DNA of 64,000 bases, taken from positions 72,726,001-72,790,000 of the forward strand of contig NC_043005.1 in assembly GCF_006345805.1 (NCBI RefSeq), given 5' to 3'. Both the position numbers and the translations under genes were made by a program. Position 1 is the first letter of the stretch. Each line of letters begins with the position of its first letter. The notes under the pieces were generated by a model. It saw only the letters and a list, made by a program, of their open reading frames with translations, was not told the origin of the DNA and ran no database searches. This document shows positions 12,073 through 25,900 of this stretch, piece by piece. This DNA comes from Octopus sinensis. Lineage: Eukaryota.

Positions 12073-12580
12073 TAATTATTATATTATTATTATTATTATT
12101 ATTATTATATTATTATTATTATATTATTATTATTATTATCATCAATATTATCACTACCAATACTATCTACATTAGGGTTACCACACATTTATATACTACT
12201 TCACTCAAGTTACATTTATTATTAAATATGCAATTATCAAAATGCAAAAATCAAAATGTGACTTACATTGGATCAACATTTAATAAAATTAAACAAAGGG
12301 TGGTTCAGCATTTGTACTCTTTTAAAAATAAAAATTTGATGAACTCGACAAGTTTAAGTAAATATATATGGGAATTAAAAACTAAAGATATAAAGTATAA
12401 ATTAAAATGGGAAATAATATGTAAAACGAAATCATATAGAAATATAATGAATTCTGTCTTCTGTGTACACATGAATTTATGGAAATATTAAAATTTAAAA
12501 TAACACTGATCAACACACAGGATGAACGAAAATTAAATGTAAGCATAAACTGAATTGCCTATTTAATAAGATGAGATAAC
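11280..12580 (+). mobile_element. Penelope-like element 2 (very AT/Asn-rich): linker plus GIY-YIG endonuclease, disrupted by frameshifts and a fold-back
   Basis: Reconstructed across frameshifts: IFSKNNIEIGY..NVGNIISS, CTCRFKNNCIFNNKCNLSEVVYKCVV, then TYIGSTFNKIKQR..HLYSF..STSLSKYIWELK..KWEII. Confidence 0.8.
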
Positions 12581-13901
12581 GTTTGATTCTATTGAAAATA
12601 AAGAAAACCTTAATTTCATCATAATAATTAGGTATAATATATAATCATATTTTATTATTTAGTATAACTAGAATATATCTAATTATTTATATATAAATAT
12701 AAGATGATATCTAATTAACTTCTAATTTCAGATATTTTAGTTTCTTAATAAAAATCAATAGTATAATACTAGATGATATTATTCTAAACTTTTAATCTGT
12801 CTTTAGAAACTCAAGTTTAAGAATAACTTCAATTTTAAGAATAATAGTATAATCAATATATATTAATTGTATTATGATTATAAAAATAATAAAAAAATAG
12901 ATTTTTACTGATTTTTACTAATTTTACTAACTTTTACTTATTTAAAAATATTTTTAAATATTTTAAAATTATATATTCAGTAATTTAGTTTACATATTTA
13001 CCAACCTAGAAATTTATTATTCATCAAAGTTAACATAAAAATAAATTAAATTAACCAGGAAAAAAAATTAGACTATTCCCATCATACACTCACCTCTAGC
13101 TTCTCCTGATTTGTTATTATTATAAATAATAGAAAATACCTTTTAAGAATTTTTAAATGTTAATAAGAATTATCTCCCCTACAAAGTAGCTCTCAATATT
13201 GGATTATGCAATTGCTTGTAGCCATGTTTAATTCTTGGAGAGAAAATTACCATACTGATAAGCTAACATTTGTTTTTACTAACGTCTGTTTTTCCTACTT
13301 TTATTCCACATTTCTGTTCGTTATTTACTAAAGTAAAATTATTCCAATAACTTCTAAGTTACATAATTTTAGTTTGTCATGTCTTAATATACGATGTAAA
13401 TAGCAAAATAAGTTCATATAAGATACACCCAATGATTGGCAATAAAACCGTTTTAATATGGTATTGTATAGAGACATACTATTTCAGCAATATCAAAGAA
13501 TATGTTGTCATGAAACACACGTAGTCAAGATAATGTAAAGTATATGATTTGTAATAAGAATTGAAGGCATTAATTTTGATTATTTGTAATAAGAATTTTA
13601 GGTGTTCATTTTGATAATTTTAATATTTAGTCCTATATGTACCTATTGTGGATAATGTCATTCAATGATGATTGAGTTGCTTGAGGGTGATTCTGTCTCT
13701 TAAACCTATCTATTTATATGTATATAATACAGTGATTAATTCATTTTAGTACCACTAAATTGAACTTCTCTCCCCTGTGGACTCGAAAGTAACTTCCCAA
13801 ATATTAATGACATATATATATATAAAGAATATATTATAGTTATAAGGTGTAATTATAAATAACTGAAAAAATATCAAATTAAGTACCATATTGCATCACA
13901 T

Positions 13902-13937
<36 letters not shown>

Positions 13938-14178
13938 TAAAAAGAAAGGGATTAAAAAATCCAGGCAGATATCAATAAAGCACTCAGTTTGAAAGGGATT
14001 TGGTAAAGTATATCCAAAAATCAGACAGCAATAAATGCCAGTAGAATATACATCCAAGGTAATTCCTCAAGTATGACATGTAGAGCCAAATATCATTTAG
14101 AAGAACTGCGAGAACTTAAGAGTATTATTAGACAAAAAAAAAAGTATAGAGAAAACATAAAGACAGACGAAATACCAA

Positions 14179-14575
14179 TAGGAGTGGCTGTGTGGTAAGT
14201 AGCTTGCTTATCAACCTCATGGTTGCAGGTTCAGTCCCACTGTGTGGCACCTTGGGCAAGTGTCTTCTAAAATAGCCTCGAGCCAACCAAATCCTTGTGA
14301 ATGGATTTGATAGACGGAAAGTGAAAGAAGCCCGTCATATATATGTATATATATGTATGTGTGTGTATATGTTTGTGTGTCTATTTGTCCCCCCAAATTT
14401 GCTTGACAACCGATGCTGGTGTGTTTACGTCCCCGTAATTTAGTAATTTGGCAAAAGAGACTGATAGAATAAGTACTAGGCTTACAAAGAATAAGTTCTG
14501 GGGTCGATTTGCTCGACTAAAGGAGGTGCTCCAGCATGGCTACAGTCAAATGACTGAAACAAAAGAGTAAAAGAG
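14179..14575 (+). mobile_element. SINE family A, full length
   Basis: Colinear with 9541-9950. Confidence 0.9.
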
Positions 14576-14659
14576 CAAGCTAATGTTTCTGCAATTTTCC
14601 TGCCTTCTAAACAATACTCTTTTCTACTCTACGCACAAGGCACTATATTTTTGGGGAGG

Positions 14660-15265
14660 GGTGAACCAGTCGATTAGATCGAAACCAGTATGCAACTGGT
14701 ACTTAATTTATTGACCCCAGTAAGATGAAAGGCAAAGTCAACCTCAGCAGAATTTGAACTCAGAACATAAAGACAGACGAAATACCACTAAGCATTTCGC
14801 CCGGTGTACTAATGCTTCTTATTTCTTTATTACCCATAAGGGGGTAAACATGGAGGGGACAAACAAGGACAGACATACGGATTAAGCCGATTACATCGAC
14901 CCCAGTGTGTAACTGGTACTTAATTTATCGACCCCGAAAGGATGAAAGGCAAAGTCAACCTTAGTAGAATTTGAACTCAGTACGTAATGGCAGATGAAAT
15001 GCCTATTTCTTTACTACCCACAAGGGGCTAAACACAGAGAGGACAAACAAGGACAGACAGACGGATTAAGTCGATTATATCGACCCCAGTGCGTAACTGG
15101 TACTTAATTTATCGACCACGAAAGGATGAAAGGCAAAGTCGACCACAGCAGAATTTGAACTCAGAACATAACAGCAGATGAAATACTGCTAATAATTTTG
15201 CCCGGCATGCTAACGTTTCTGCCAGCTAAGCATTTCACCCAGTGTACTAATGCTTCTGCCAGCTC
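14660..15265 (-). mobile_element. SINE family B tandem multimer
   Basis: Three successive aactggtact..gatgaaaggcaaagtc..gaatttgaactcag units. The minus strand has a tRNA-like head and a conserved core ctttcatcctttcggggtcgataaattaagtaccag. Confidence 0.88.
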
Positions 15266-15364
15266 ACTGCCTTCTTCAAAGAAATATCAAATTTGTGAGG
15301 AATTTATTCACATTTTCCAAAATGTACACCAACTGTGTGATTTATTTCTTCTATATTCTTCCAG

Positions 15365-15560
15365 TGTGAGGGTGAATGACCTAGTGGTTAGGGTGTCACA
15401 CTCATGATTGCAAGCTCATCGTTTTAATTCCTTAACCAGTTGGTGCACCTGTTCAAGCAAGCTGATTTGATGGAGGGAATGCGCTAATGTATGGCATGAA
15501 CATTTAATTACTATAAAGAAATCATTTGTGCAGGTTGTTCAGCGAGAGATTGCAGAGCAG
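15365..15560 (+). mobile_element. Diverged tRNA-derived SINE
   Basis: gacctagtggttagggtgtcacactcatgattgcaag..gttttaattcc resembles A/B boxes. Confidence 0.5.
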
Positions 15561-16199
15561 TGTTTCTTGGATTGTGAAAGACTACCATCATTTTCCCAGC
15601 ATGATTAGCATTATGTGTGAATATATGTATGTATGTGTGTGTGTGTATTTGTATGTTTGTGATGTGAGCATGTGTGTATGTGTATGTGTGTGTGTGTGTG
15701 GAAGTAAAGACATTTTTGTGTGTGAATACTAAAACGGTCGAACTAAAAGAACTCACTGCTATGAGATCAGTGTTTTAATAATTTAATTAAAGCTGAAAAT
15801 AATCTGCAAATCAACATAACTCAGAGTTGTATCTTTAAGAAATATCAAACTGTAATGCAAGAACATTGTCTGTATAGAGTTATTATGGAGTGGAGGAAGA
15901 ATGTAAGTGAGGAAGAGAAAGAGTTAAGTGGGTGCAGGAGAAGAAGAAAAGAGCAGAAGAAAGGATCTGAGTGCTGTATATTTGTTGATTGATAAAGAAA
16001 TGAGACATACTAAAAGAGAAATTTTGAAGGTAGGTGATTAAAATAATTGGTTTTACTTTTAGGTTCATGATAATGTCTATGTCTATCAGGTGGTCCAGTC
16101 TGTGTTGCAGTGTGGTGGTTTGGTGCCTTGATGACCCTGAGACCTATGCAAGTGGAGTGAAAGTTCCTGATAGGACTTCCACTGCTGGACAAATCAAAA

Positions 16200-16475
16200 G
16201 ATGCTAAAACCCCCTTCGGTCATGACTGACCATGGGATTGCACCTAGAAAGTTACCCTCTGAGGCACAAGTCCAGGTAAGGTTGTTTATGGAAGACCAGC
16301 AGTCACCCATGCATACTGGCCTCCCCTCTCCATGCCACCAGTGTTATCCAAGGGAAAGGCAAAGGCCGATACACCTTGGCACTAGTGACGTCACAACTCA
16401 TTTCTACAGCTGAAAGAACTGGAGCAACATGAAATGAAGTGTCTTGCTCAAGGACTCAACACACAGCCCAGTCCG
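16200..16475 (-). mobile_element. SINE family E copy
   Basis: Reverse complement of 10130-10330. Confidence 0.65.
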
Positions 16476-18889
16476 GGGATAGAAGCAAGATTAATATGGA
16501 CGACCTCTTCCCAGATGTAAAAATAAGCTTGCATTGAACTTATACTCTTACTTAGAAAGAAGCAAAGTTACAAAAACATTGATGACGATTCAAAACCAAC
16601 AAGACCTGGGAGAGGAAGGCCTTGTATATGCTGCAGCAAAATCTGAAAGGGAGCTATGAACAAAAAGCAGATTCAACAGGAGAGAAGCAGAAAAATTAAG
16701 TTCAGGGTTGAGAACAGCAGAGAAAAGATGTTGATGATTTATGCTCCCTAGGGAACAAGGGGATGAAGTAAGTAATGACTATATAGTTAACTATTTTTAG
16801 GTTAGCGTTAATTAATAATCTTAAGATTTAACTAATTGAATATCCTAATGTTCCTCCTAATTCTGTCCATCTAACTACCAGTGTGTCACTCCAGTACAAT
16901 GCTATGCTAGCTTGTTGTTTAATTTCTGAGCCTGTTTAGAATATACAGGCCCATGAAATTAGTGATCTCTGCTCCATCAGAACTCCCAAATATCAAATAG
17001 CTTTTCACTGTTAGCACTTAATAGCACTACGTCTTTCTTCACCTTTAAAGTATTGTAATAAAACAACAATGAGTTTTTCACATTCATAATTATATCAGTC
17101 TCAGATTCTGTGATAGTGATATGGTATTTGCTGAACTCTAAAGATTAAAGAAGATTCTAATGCTCAATGGATAGAACTCTACTTTGTCAAGTTGTGTGAT
17201 CTTGAAATTGGGCTTATTTACTGTACAGTTGAATTGCTCAATAGCAACCCTGCAGCATATTCATTGTGCAGAAGTAGAGCCAGATTTAATTCATAAAACA
17301 GCATCTTCTAACCATATGAAAGCTGGGATAAACTTAATGCATTCTAGCCTTTACCATTCCGCATTTTCTGTGATTTTTAGGTATGTTTTTGCTATTACTT
17401 CTTGCTGATCAAGTGGCAATGTAAACATTCATTCTTTGACTTGTTGTTGTTGTTGCTGTTGTTGTTGTTGGTGGTGGTGGTGATGGTGGTGGTGGTGGTG
17501 GTGGTGGTGATGGTGGTGGTGGTGGTGGTGGTGGTGGTGGTGGTATCGATGGTGATGATGATGGCAGGAGGGATGATATTTACATGCTGATGGTGATATT
17601 AGGAAGTAAAAGGAAGAAAATGGAGAGTGACGTTTGATGACATAAAAAGGAAAAGAATGATTCCCAATGTACGTTGGACTCTGATGATAACTGAACGTTG
17701 CTGGTTATTTAGTGATTTCTTGAAGTAAAATGTCAACAAAATATAAAACTAAAAAGAAACAAAAATTTCAAAGAATAATTTTAGAAGTTACATTTTCAAA
17801 TGATAGCAAGATTAAAATATGAAATATGACAAGATTTAAGACATTTGTGACAGCAATTCTCATGGAATATTCGAAGGTTTCTGAGGAAAAAAAATATTAA
17901 AGAAAGGATTAATATTTATTTGTACCAAATGCCAGTTCAGGACTGTAGATTGGCATTTGATATGAATTTTTAGATAAGATAGTTCATGGTGTTTGTTGGA
18001 CAATATTATTTGTGATATTTAATCCAACTATATCTGGGGAGAAAAAAGAAATTCACCAGAAAATAGGGAATCATGGCTAGAAATACATTGATCTTACTAG
18101 ATTAGAAGATGAGATGATGTATTTAACCCTCTGACTGTAGGGAATGTGTGACTTGACATGTTAGAAACAGAAATTGGATTGCTTTCAAATAAAAATATAT
18201 TGTCTTAAAATAACATTGGACACACTGGATATGGTTGTCCTAAATAACATTAAAATGTCATGATGGCCATGACTGGAATGGACTGCATGATAGGTTTTAC
18301 TGAGTTTAACAACAAAAACAACTGCAGCAACCAGAAAGATGTTGAATGCTCTAGTGATATTAAGAGCATGAATGGTGAAGAGTTGCTAGAATTATTACTG
18401 CACTGGGCAAAATGCTTAGTGGCATTTCACCTGTCTTTACATTCTAAGTTCAAGTTTCACCATGGTCAACTTAGCCTTTCATCCTTTTGGGGTCGATAAA
18501 ATAAGTATCATTTGAACACAGGGGTTGATATAATCAATTTAGCTCCTCCTTGAAATTACTGGTCTGCCAAAATTTGAAACCAATATTAAGACCATGTAAC
18601 CTCCTGTCTATGGAGAAGTTCTATGTTCATGCCTTTCCCATTGGTATTATTACTGTGATTTATATAGTTATGACTAGTAATCAATCACATCTTTGGATGA
18701 GGCAATGAAGAAAGCCTTTAGTTTAACCATGAGCAGCACAACACCACTGAAAAACTAACAAACCAGTTACAGTTTTTGAAGACAAAAATAAGCAGATGGA
18801 AAGACAGGTTGTATATTGCACTGAATTCTGTTCTGTGGAAAGCAACATCTCATATAGTGAGATGATTATTGTGATAGAGAAACTAGAGA

Positions 18890-19310
18890 AGGTGGTGAGC
18901 TAGTAGAAATGTTAGCACGCCGGGTGAAATGCTTAGCGGTATTTCATCTGCTGCCACATTCTGAGTTCAAATTCCGCTGAGGTCGACTTTGCCTTTCATC
19001 CTTTCGGGGTCGATTAAATAAGTAACAGTTACGCATTGGGGTCGAAATAATTGACTTAATCCATTTGTTTGTCCTTGTTTGTCCCCTCTGTGTGTAGCCC
19101 CTTGTGGGTAATAAAGAAATAGTTATTTTGTCTGCCGCTACGTTCTGAGTTCAAATTCTGCCAAGGTTGACTTTGCCTTTCATCCTTTCGGGGTCGATTA
19201 AATAAGTACCAGTTGTGCACTGGGGTCGATATAATCGACTTAATCCGTTTGTCTGTTCTTGTTTGTCCCCTCTGTGTGTAGCCCCTTGTCGGCAGTAAAG
19301 AAATAAGAGG
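18890..19310 (+). mobile_element. SINE family B dimer
   Basis: gtggtgagctagtagaaatgttagcacgccggg head, B-box gagttcaaattcc; the second unit starts at ~19120 without an A-box. Confidence 0.9.
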
Positions 19311-19825
19311 AACTAGATACATTGATGGACTGAACAAAGTTGTTGACTGTCTCACCACTAGAAAGACACCAGGATTGAATGGCCTTCCACTAGAGGCTAT
19401 CAAGTATGAAAAGGAATGCTGTTATTCCACCTACATAAACTACTGTGTGGATACTGGAAAGAAAGAGCAGTGCAACAGGACGTGCAATATTGCAACCTGT
19501 GCAAGAACAAAATGGAGTAAACTTTCCACTGAGCATTGGTGGCACACTCACCACCTGTGTGGTTCTGAACAGACTGCATTCTAGCTGCAGGTTAGAATGA
19601 TCTGCAATATGGCACGATCTTCCTCTTCAATAAAACAGCAGAGAACAATGACAATGACTATATGTCAATATCATTAACCTCAGACTGGCCTTCGATCCTG
19701 TGAGTAGAGACAGCTTGTATAAAGTATTTCCTAAGATTGGAATCTCTTCGAGGTATCTCATGACTGTTCAGTCAATCCACACAAACATCATAAAAGGCAT
19801 TATTCAACATGCTGGCTCTGTAGTG
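19310..19825 (+). mobile_element. Degenerate RTE (BovB-like) reverse transcriptase fragment
   Basis: KTPGLNGLPLEAIKY and FDPVSRDSLYKVFPKIG..YLMTVQSIH resemble RTE RT domains; multiple stops and frameshifts. Confidence 0.55.
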
Positions 19826-19842
19826 AAGTTCTTTCTTTCTTC

Positions 19843-19875
<33 letters not shown>

Positions 19876-19879
19876 TTTC

Positions 19880-19910
<31 letters not shown>

Positions 19911-20133
19911 TTCCTTCCTTTCAGACACTGAAAGAAATGGCCTCCACCAGGACTAAAAATACACAAAATGCACCCTTTGCCATGACATTAGAACATTGAA
20001 GACTCAAAGCAATACACACATTTATGTACATATATGTATGTATATATATATATAACTTAGTGTACTTTTTTCCAGATTTATGTTTACAGGATATATATAT
20101 AAATATGTATATATATATATAAATATAAATATA

Positions 20134-20196
<63 letters not shown>

Positions 20197-20211
20197 ATAT
20201 TATATATATAT

Positions 20212-20256
<45 letters not shown>

Positions 20257-20257
20257 T

Positions 20258-21720
20258 CAGCACTTCTTAAACTTTTTCATACATGACCCCATTTTTGATC
20301 ATGAGATTTTTAGTGACCCGATGTATTAAATATGAAATAAAACACACAAATAAATACATAAATCATTTATTTTTTTGTTGAACAGTCTACATATAAAAGA
20401 AAGTAGTTATATTATTTGTCAAAATAAAAGTAATTTTAGGATTTGTTTCAAGTACGAAAATAAACCAAAATAAATGTTTTAAGTACAAAAATAAACCAAA
20501 GTAAAAACCAATGTGACGGATGTGCTTGCTTTTTGCTGCATAACAAATTAAATCTTGGTGTAATATTTGACACTAATGGACGTAAAGCATCTTCTACATT
20601 TTTTCAGTATTGAACAATATTTCGTTTTAATAAGGGTTAAAGCTGAAAAAGTCATTTCACATAGGTATGTGGTGCTAAATAACAAAAGAACATGTAATAA
20701 CTTTTCAGAAATTGTGGGAAATTCAGCTTTAGCTCCAATCCAGAATTCAGTCAAAGATTTTTTTGTAAAATCAAGTTTCAATTTTGGGTCACTCAATAGC
20801 AATTTTTGAAATATCAGTTCTTTTGTCCAACTGAATTGCGAATTTTGGTTTTACGTTAAGTATAGTAATAAGTTGCTGAAATTGGTTGTTGATTATTTCA
20901 GTAATTCTATTGGCGACAGTGTCATTTGACAAAGTAGTTTTCTGAATTTCATCACTATATTTACTTCCGTGAAATATTTCTACAATCTTCATAGCAGTAG
21001 GTAATAAAAGTTCTTTCCCAATGGTGTATGGCTTTTTATTTTTAACAATTAGATATGAAATCTCGTATGACACTAATAAGTATCTTTCGTTTATAGTCAT
21101 AAATTTCTCAGAATTTTGTTTTTCTATATTTTTAGATATAACAGCCTTTCAAAATACATCTTTGATTTATTGACGTATGAGGGATGTTTGGATTCAAGAT
21201 GCCTTTTTAATTCTGAGAGTTTCATACTCTCTGCGATCACTATGTTATTGCAAAGGGATTGTTCTATACCATCTCTATTATTATAAGAAAAGCCAAATTG
21301 GAGAAATGACTCATCGTATTTTCTTTTCTGCATCTTAAGTGCCTCTCTCTGATTACTAGGTCCTGCTTGAACAGACTCTGTAGCATTGCCATCTGTGTCA
21401 TTATAAATGGATACAACGATGTAACTCATTAAAATAACAGTTCTGTAATGTATCTTCTCATTTAGTCGAAAGAAAAGCTGCAAAATGAAAATATTTTCAT
21501 TTATGTAGATCAACAATGAGATCACATATACAAAAAAGAAATGAACACGCAATACAGCAAGAAAAGTAATTAAAATAACCATTGACAGATATATATGTAT
21601 AAGCATCCTTGTGCAACTTGCACATCTGCAAAAATGTAAGCATATGCACTTGTGTGGTTTGGGGCACTCATGATCACAAAGCGAGTTAAATAGGTATTTG
21701 GTGTTAATAAAAATGGGGTG
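20258..21720 (-). mobile_element. Internally deleted hAT (Buster/Charlie-like) transposon
   Basis: BED-finger region QKRKYDESFLQFGF..ESMKLSELKRHLESKH; SYEISYLIVKNKKPYTIG..LSNDTV..AIQLDxxTDIS; dimerisation domain SLTEFW..STTYLCEMTFS; terminus cagcacttcttaaactttt at 20258. Right boundary uncertain. Confidence 0.85.
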
Positions 21721-21769
21721 AGCAAAGCAAAACTTAATTCAGCTATACCTTAAAGTAAATTATGATAAC

Positions 21770-22600
21770 AGTTACTCAAGTTCATTCCTACTGCATCGTG
21801 CAAAAGTACATTTATATGTATGTAGGCATCTTGAGAGTCTTTCAGCAATTCTATTAATGATCTTTTCATTGGTCCACAGAATAGATAGGGATTCCTTGCA
21901 GCAGAGTCGGCATCTCCTGGAAATGATATTATATAGTTTTGCATGCCTTACTATGGACTACATTATGTTGTACTTAATTTTATCTTCCTTCAGTCACCAT
22001 ACAAAATTTGCCAAAGATGTTGAATGTCTCTTACTGATTCTCTTGAAGTTGGCAACATGGTTAAGATAACATGAATCAGCCATCTGTCCAATGTAAACAA
22101 ACTGCCCTCCCCTTGTGTGCACAGTACATTTATATACAAGATTTGTACTCATACAGAGGTTTATCAATGGGTATTTTGATTTTTCTCTGCATGTGCATTT
22201 ATCATATTTATTTGTATATATGGCAGTTCTGATTTCATTTGTGACATTGTAATCGTGTTAGCTATCTCATAAGCATTTCTTCTATCATAATTTTGCAGTA
22301 ATTGGTGCTTTTCATTGCAGTTTACATCTTTTTCAGTATTTAGATATGTATGTTCACTAGATCCCATGGGGGGGGGGGTTATTGAACTGTTGTCACATTT
22401 TACTATTGTTTATGTGGTGCATAAGCTTCTCTAAATTAGCAGTGTCAATGTAGGATACCTTCATGGTGTGCCAATTAAAACTAGCATGATATCGATTCGA
22501 TATAGGAAAACATTTGTCCAAAGCAGCAAAAGATTTTCCAGCGATCTTGGTTAAAATATGCGAACCAAAAATTTGGGTTGAACCAGAGGACGCTTGTATA
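21770..22600 (-). mobile_element. Penelope-like element 3: linker plus GIY-YIG endonuclease, degenerate
   Basis: Minus-strand WFNPNF, LDKCFPISNRYHASFNWHTMKVSY, CTCREKSKYPL..NLVYKCTV..VYIG, LKEDKIKYNI..RRCRLCCKESLSIL; not shown in full in the ORF track. Confidence 0.8.
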
Positions 22601-22634
22601 TATTTACATGTATAAATGTATATATGTATATTCA

Positions 22635-22840
22635 ACATGTGACCTTGTGAGCACCGCCAGCAATTTTTTTTCCTCTGTCTTCCCTTCTCGGGATCTTTCC
22701 TTCTCCTTTGTTTCCGACGAAGAGCTCCACTCGAAACGTTAAACCCTCCTTCTTCCCTTCTTTCCTGAGCGTCCAATAATACTTTATTTGTTCCATGTCC
22801 TCGCGTTGCTGTGTTTTTTTGTGTTTTCTTGTTTGGATTA

Positions 22841-22845
<5 letters not shown>
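22635..22845 (+). mobile_element. Hammerhead-bearing repeat (family H2), probable inverted Penelope terminal repeat
   Basis: gttt-CCGACGA-agagctccactc-GAAA-cgtt-aaac at 22710-22744; homologous copies at 45132-45332 (reverse) and 8024-8140 (partial). Confidence 0.65.
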
Positions 22846-22882
<37 letters not shown>

Positions 22883-24404
22883 TATGTATGTATGTTAATA
22901 TTCGTAGTTTACATGAAGTGTTGTGAAACAGAGTTAAAGTATTTTAGAGAGACAGGATAATGCAAAAACCAAGTGTGACAACAGTTTACACTATTCCATA
23001 TTATGTTTCAACATTCCAATTTTTAAGTAGTCTTTATCAAGACAAAAATGGCGAATGAGCTTATATCTGATCTGCACATATGTATGGGGTTGGAGAGTAT
23101 AGCATTTGCGGATTAGATATATTAACCAATTAGCTGCACACAGCTCTTGTCTGTGGTTGAGAGAAGGATTTAATTTATTGATAAGGATAGCTTCCTAATT
23201 CCACAAACTTCCACTATTGGAAGTTTGTGGATTAAGGGGATATTTTTATTGATAGATTATTACTAAATTGTTCCTATACATCTGATGAATATAAAACCCC
23301 TCAAAAGCGCTTGTACACTTTGATTTCCAAAGCTGCTGCACTTTTGGATTAAGTAGGAAAATGAGAAAAAAAATGGGTATGATATGTCCTGACACCTCAT
23401 CACCACTATCTTCTATTCATTTCCAGCAGGGGCATACATATATCTCCTCTTCAGCAAAACCCCTGTTCTTAATAATCAGCATATCTATTATTAAAGTACT
23501 TATTCCTATATGTATTTCTTCAACTAGAGACACACCTGCAGAAATGTCAGAGCCACAATATTACAGCCAGTATCAAAGCTACAGCAAGTTGCAATTATTG
23601 TTGTTGGTGTCACCTCCTCTTCCTCCTCCTCCTTCCTCTTCTCTATCCTCCCATCCTCTTCTTCTCCCTCCTTCCTCCTCTTCCACTGCCTCCCTTCTCA
23701 TCTTCCCTCTTTCTCTTCTTCACTCTTCCTTCTCTCTTCCTACCTCTTTCCCTTCCTTCTTCCTCCTCCCTTTTCATTCTCCTCCTTCTTTATCCTCCCT
23801 CTTCTTCTTCCTCCCTCTTCTTACACCTCCTCCTCCTCCCTCTTTCTAAACTCCATCCTCCATACTTGCATAGGATGGGTGGTTTGACAGGGTCTGAATG
23901 GATGGAAAACTACTGTGCTTTGACATGGTTTCTAAAGCTGAATGTCATTCCTAACACTAACCACATTACAAAGTGCACTGGGTGATATTTTATTTATTGT
24001 CCATGGCACTAGTGGGGGTCACTATGTGGATTTCAAGACCAAGATTGTCTTCAGCTGAGGGGAGCTTTATTTGGAAACAAGAGGTTAAAGTATAAGAAAA
24101 AGTGCCAGAACAAAGCAGGTTCCTTGCATTAGAGGAGTTACTTGGCTACCCACATTATAGAAGAGAGATTAGGATTAAATGAAGTGGAACTAAAAAGAGA
24201 GATAAAATATTAGTGATGAGGTACCAGAGTGAATGCTCATGGTAGAAATTGGTAACCTCAGGACTGAGGAGGCTATTCTCATTAATATTTACTGTTTTGT
24301 TAAGATAAACACTTGTATGCTGAGGGTACTACTGTAACCAATGTTCGAAAGCTGATGGTGATGTCTCATTAAGTAATGAAGCAATTCTATAGGGGTTTCA
24401 ACCT

Positions 24405-24822
24405 CTTATTTCTTTATTGCCCACAAGGAGCTAAACATAGAGGGGACAAACAATGACAAACAAAGGGATTAAGTCGATTACATCGACCCCAGTGCATAAC
24501 TGGTACTTGATTTATCAACCCCGAAAGAATGAAAGGCAAAGTTGACCTTGGCGGAATTTGAACTCAGAATGTAATGGCAGATGAAATACCTATTTCTTTA
24601 CTACCCACAAGGGGCTAAACACAGAAGGGACAAACAAGGGCAGACAAACGGATTAAGTCAATTATATCGATCCCAGTGTGTAACTGGTACTTATTTAATT
24701 GACCCCGAAAGGATGAAAGGCAAAGTCGACCTCGGCAGAATTTGAACTCAGAACATAATGGCAGATGAAATACCACTAAGCATTTCACGTGGCATGCTAA
24801 CGTTTCTGCTAACTCACTGCCT
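24405..24822 (-). mobile_element. SINE family B dimer
   Basis: Colinear with the reverse complement of 18890-19310. Confidence 0.88.
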
Positions 24823-25418
24823 TGTTTCAGCCTCTTCTGCCATGACACCAGAGCTGCCTGGGGCCACACACTAATGTAGATCTCAGTTTTGCTGAGTCAG
24901 ATATTGTGACTCTGGGCCAGATGTTTCTACCATTCCCAATGCTCTGTCTTGCTGCACCACTTGCCATCTCTCTTGAACCAGATAAATGGTTTTCTTCCTT
25001 AGTAGCTTCTGATAATTTTCTGGCCACATCTTTTCTCTATCTTTTCTCTCCTTTGCAACTTGTTCAAAACTTCTGAACATCAATCAACAACACAGTCAAC
25101 AACCATATGACAAATACTTGCTAATAGACCACTACCAATAAGTATGTTACAAACTTTTATGTAGCTGCGCAAATCAGATTTCTGCTCTCCTTTTGGTTGT
25201 GTCTTTATTTTTTATCATTTTCTCTTGATAAAAGGGTTTTTAATCCTAAATAATCTAAATATATGATCCTAATATAAACCGTTGTTTTTGCTTTAATTTT
25301 CTTTTATCCATTTTGTATACGATTTGCAATGCAGTGACTTTCTGAATTGACTATATAAATATATATTCATATACATACATATTATGCACACACACACATA
25401 TTGTGTGTGAGTATATAT

Positions 25419-25449
<31 letters not shown>

Positions 25450-25790
25450 GAATATATATATGAATATATATATGTGTGTATATATGCATATATGTATATA
25501 GGTGTGTGTGTTTGTGCATATGTATATATCAATATATATACATATATGTATATATATCTATATATATATATATATGTATGTTTGTGTGTGTATATATATA
25601 TGCATGCATGTATATATATATACACACATCAACACAAACACATGCACACATCTCTCTCTCTCTCTCTCTCTTTGTATATGTATATATATGTGTGTGTATG
25701 TATGCATGTATGTATTTGGAAACTACTTCATTTAATGAGTGCTCTTCTCTTTCATTTGATCATATATGAGTGTGTATATCTCTCTATCTG

Positions 25791-25863
<73 letters not shown>

Positions 25864-25864
25864 A

Positions 25865-25900
<36 letters not shown>

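Noticed and set aside
12580-13900. Extremely AT-rich segment, considered as organellar/viral insertion or Penelope RT
   Set aside because: No convincing ORF, tRNA or rRNA motif recognised; only faint RT-like hints.
23200-23231. 14-bp perfect hairpin tccacaaacttcca-ctat-tggaagtttgtgga
   Set aside because: Real but short and isolated, with no functional context; probably a small template-switch event.
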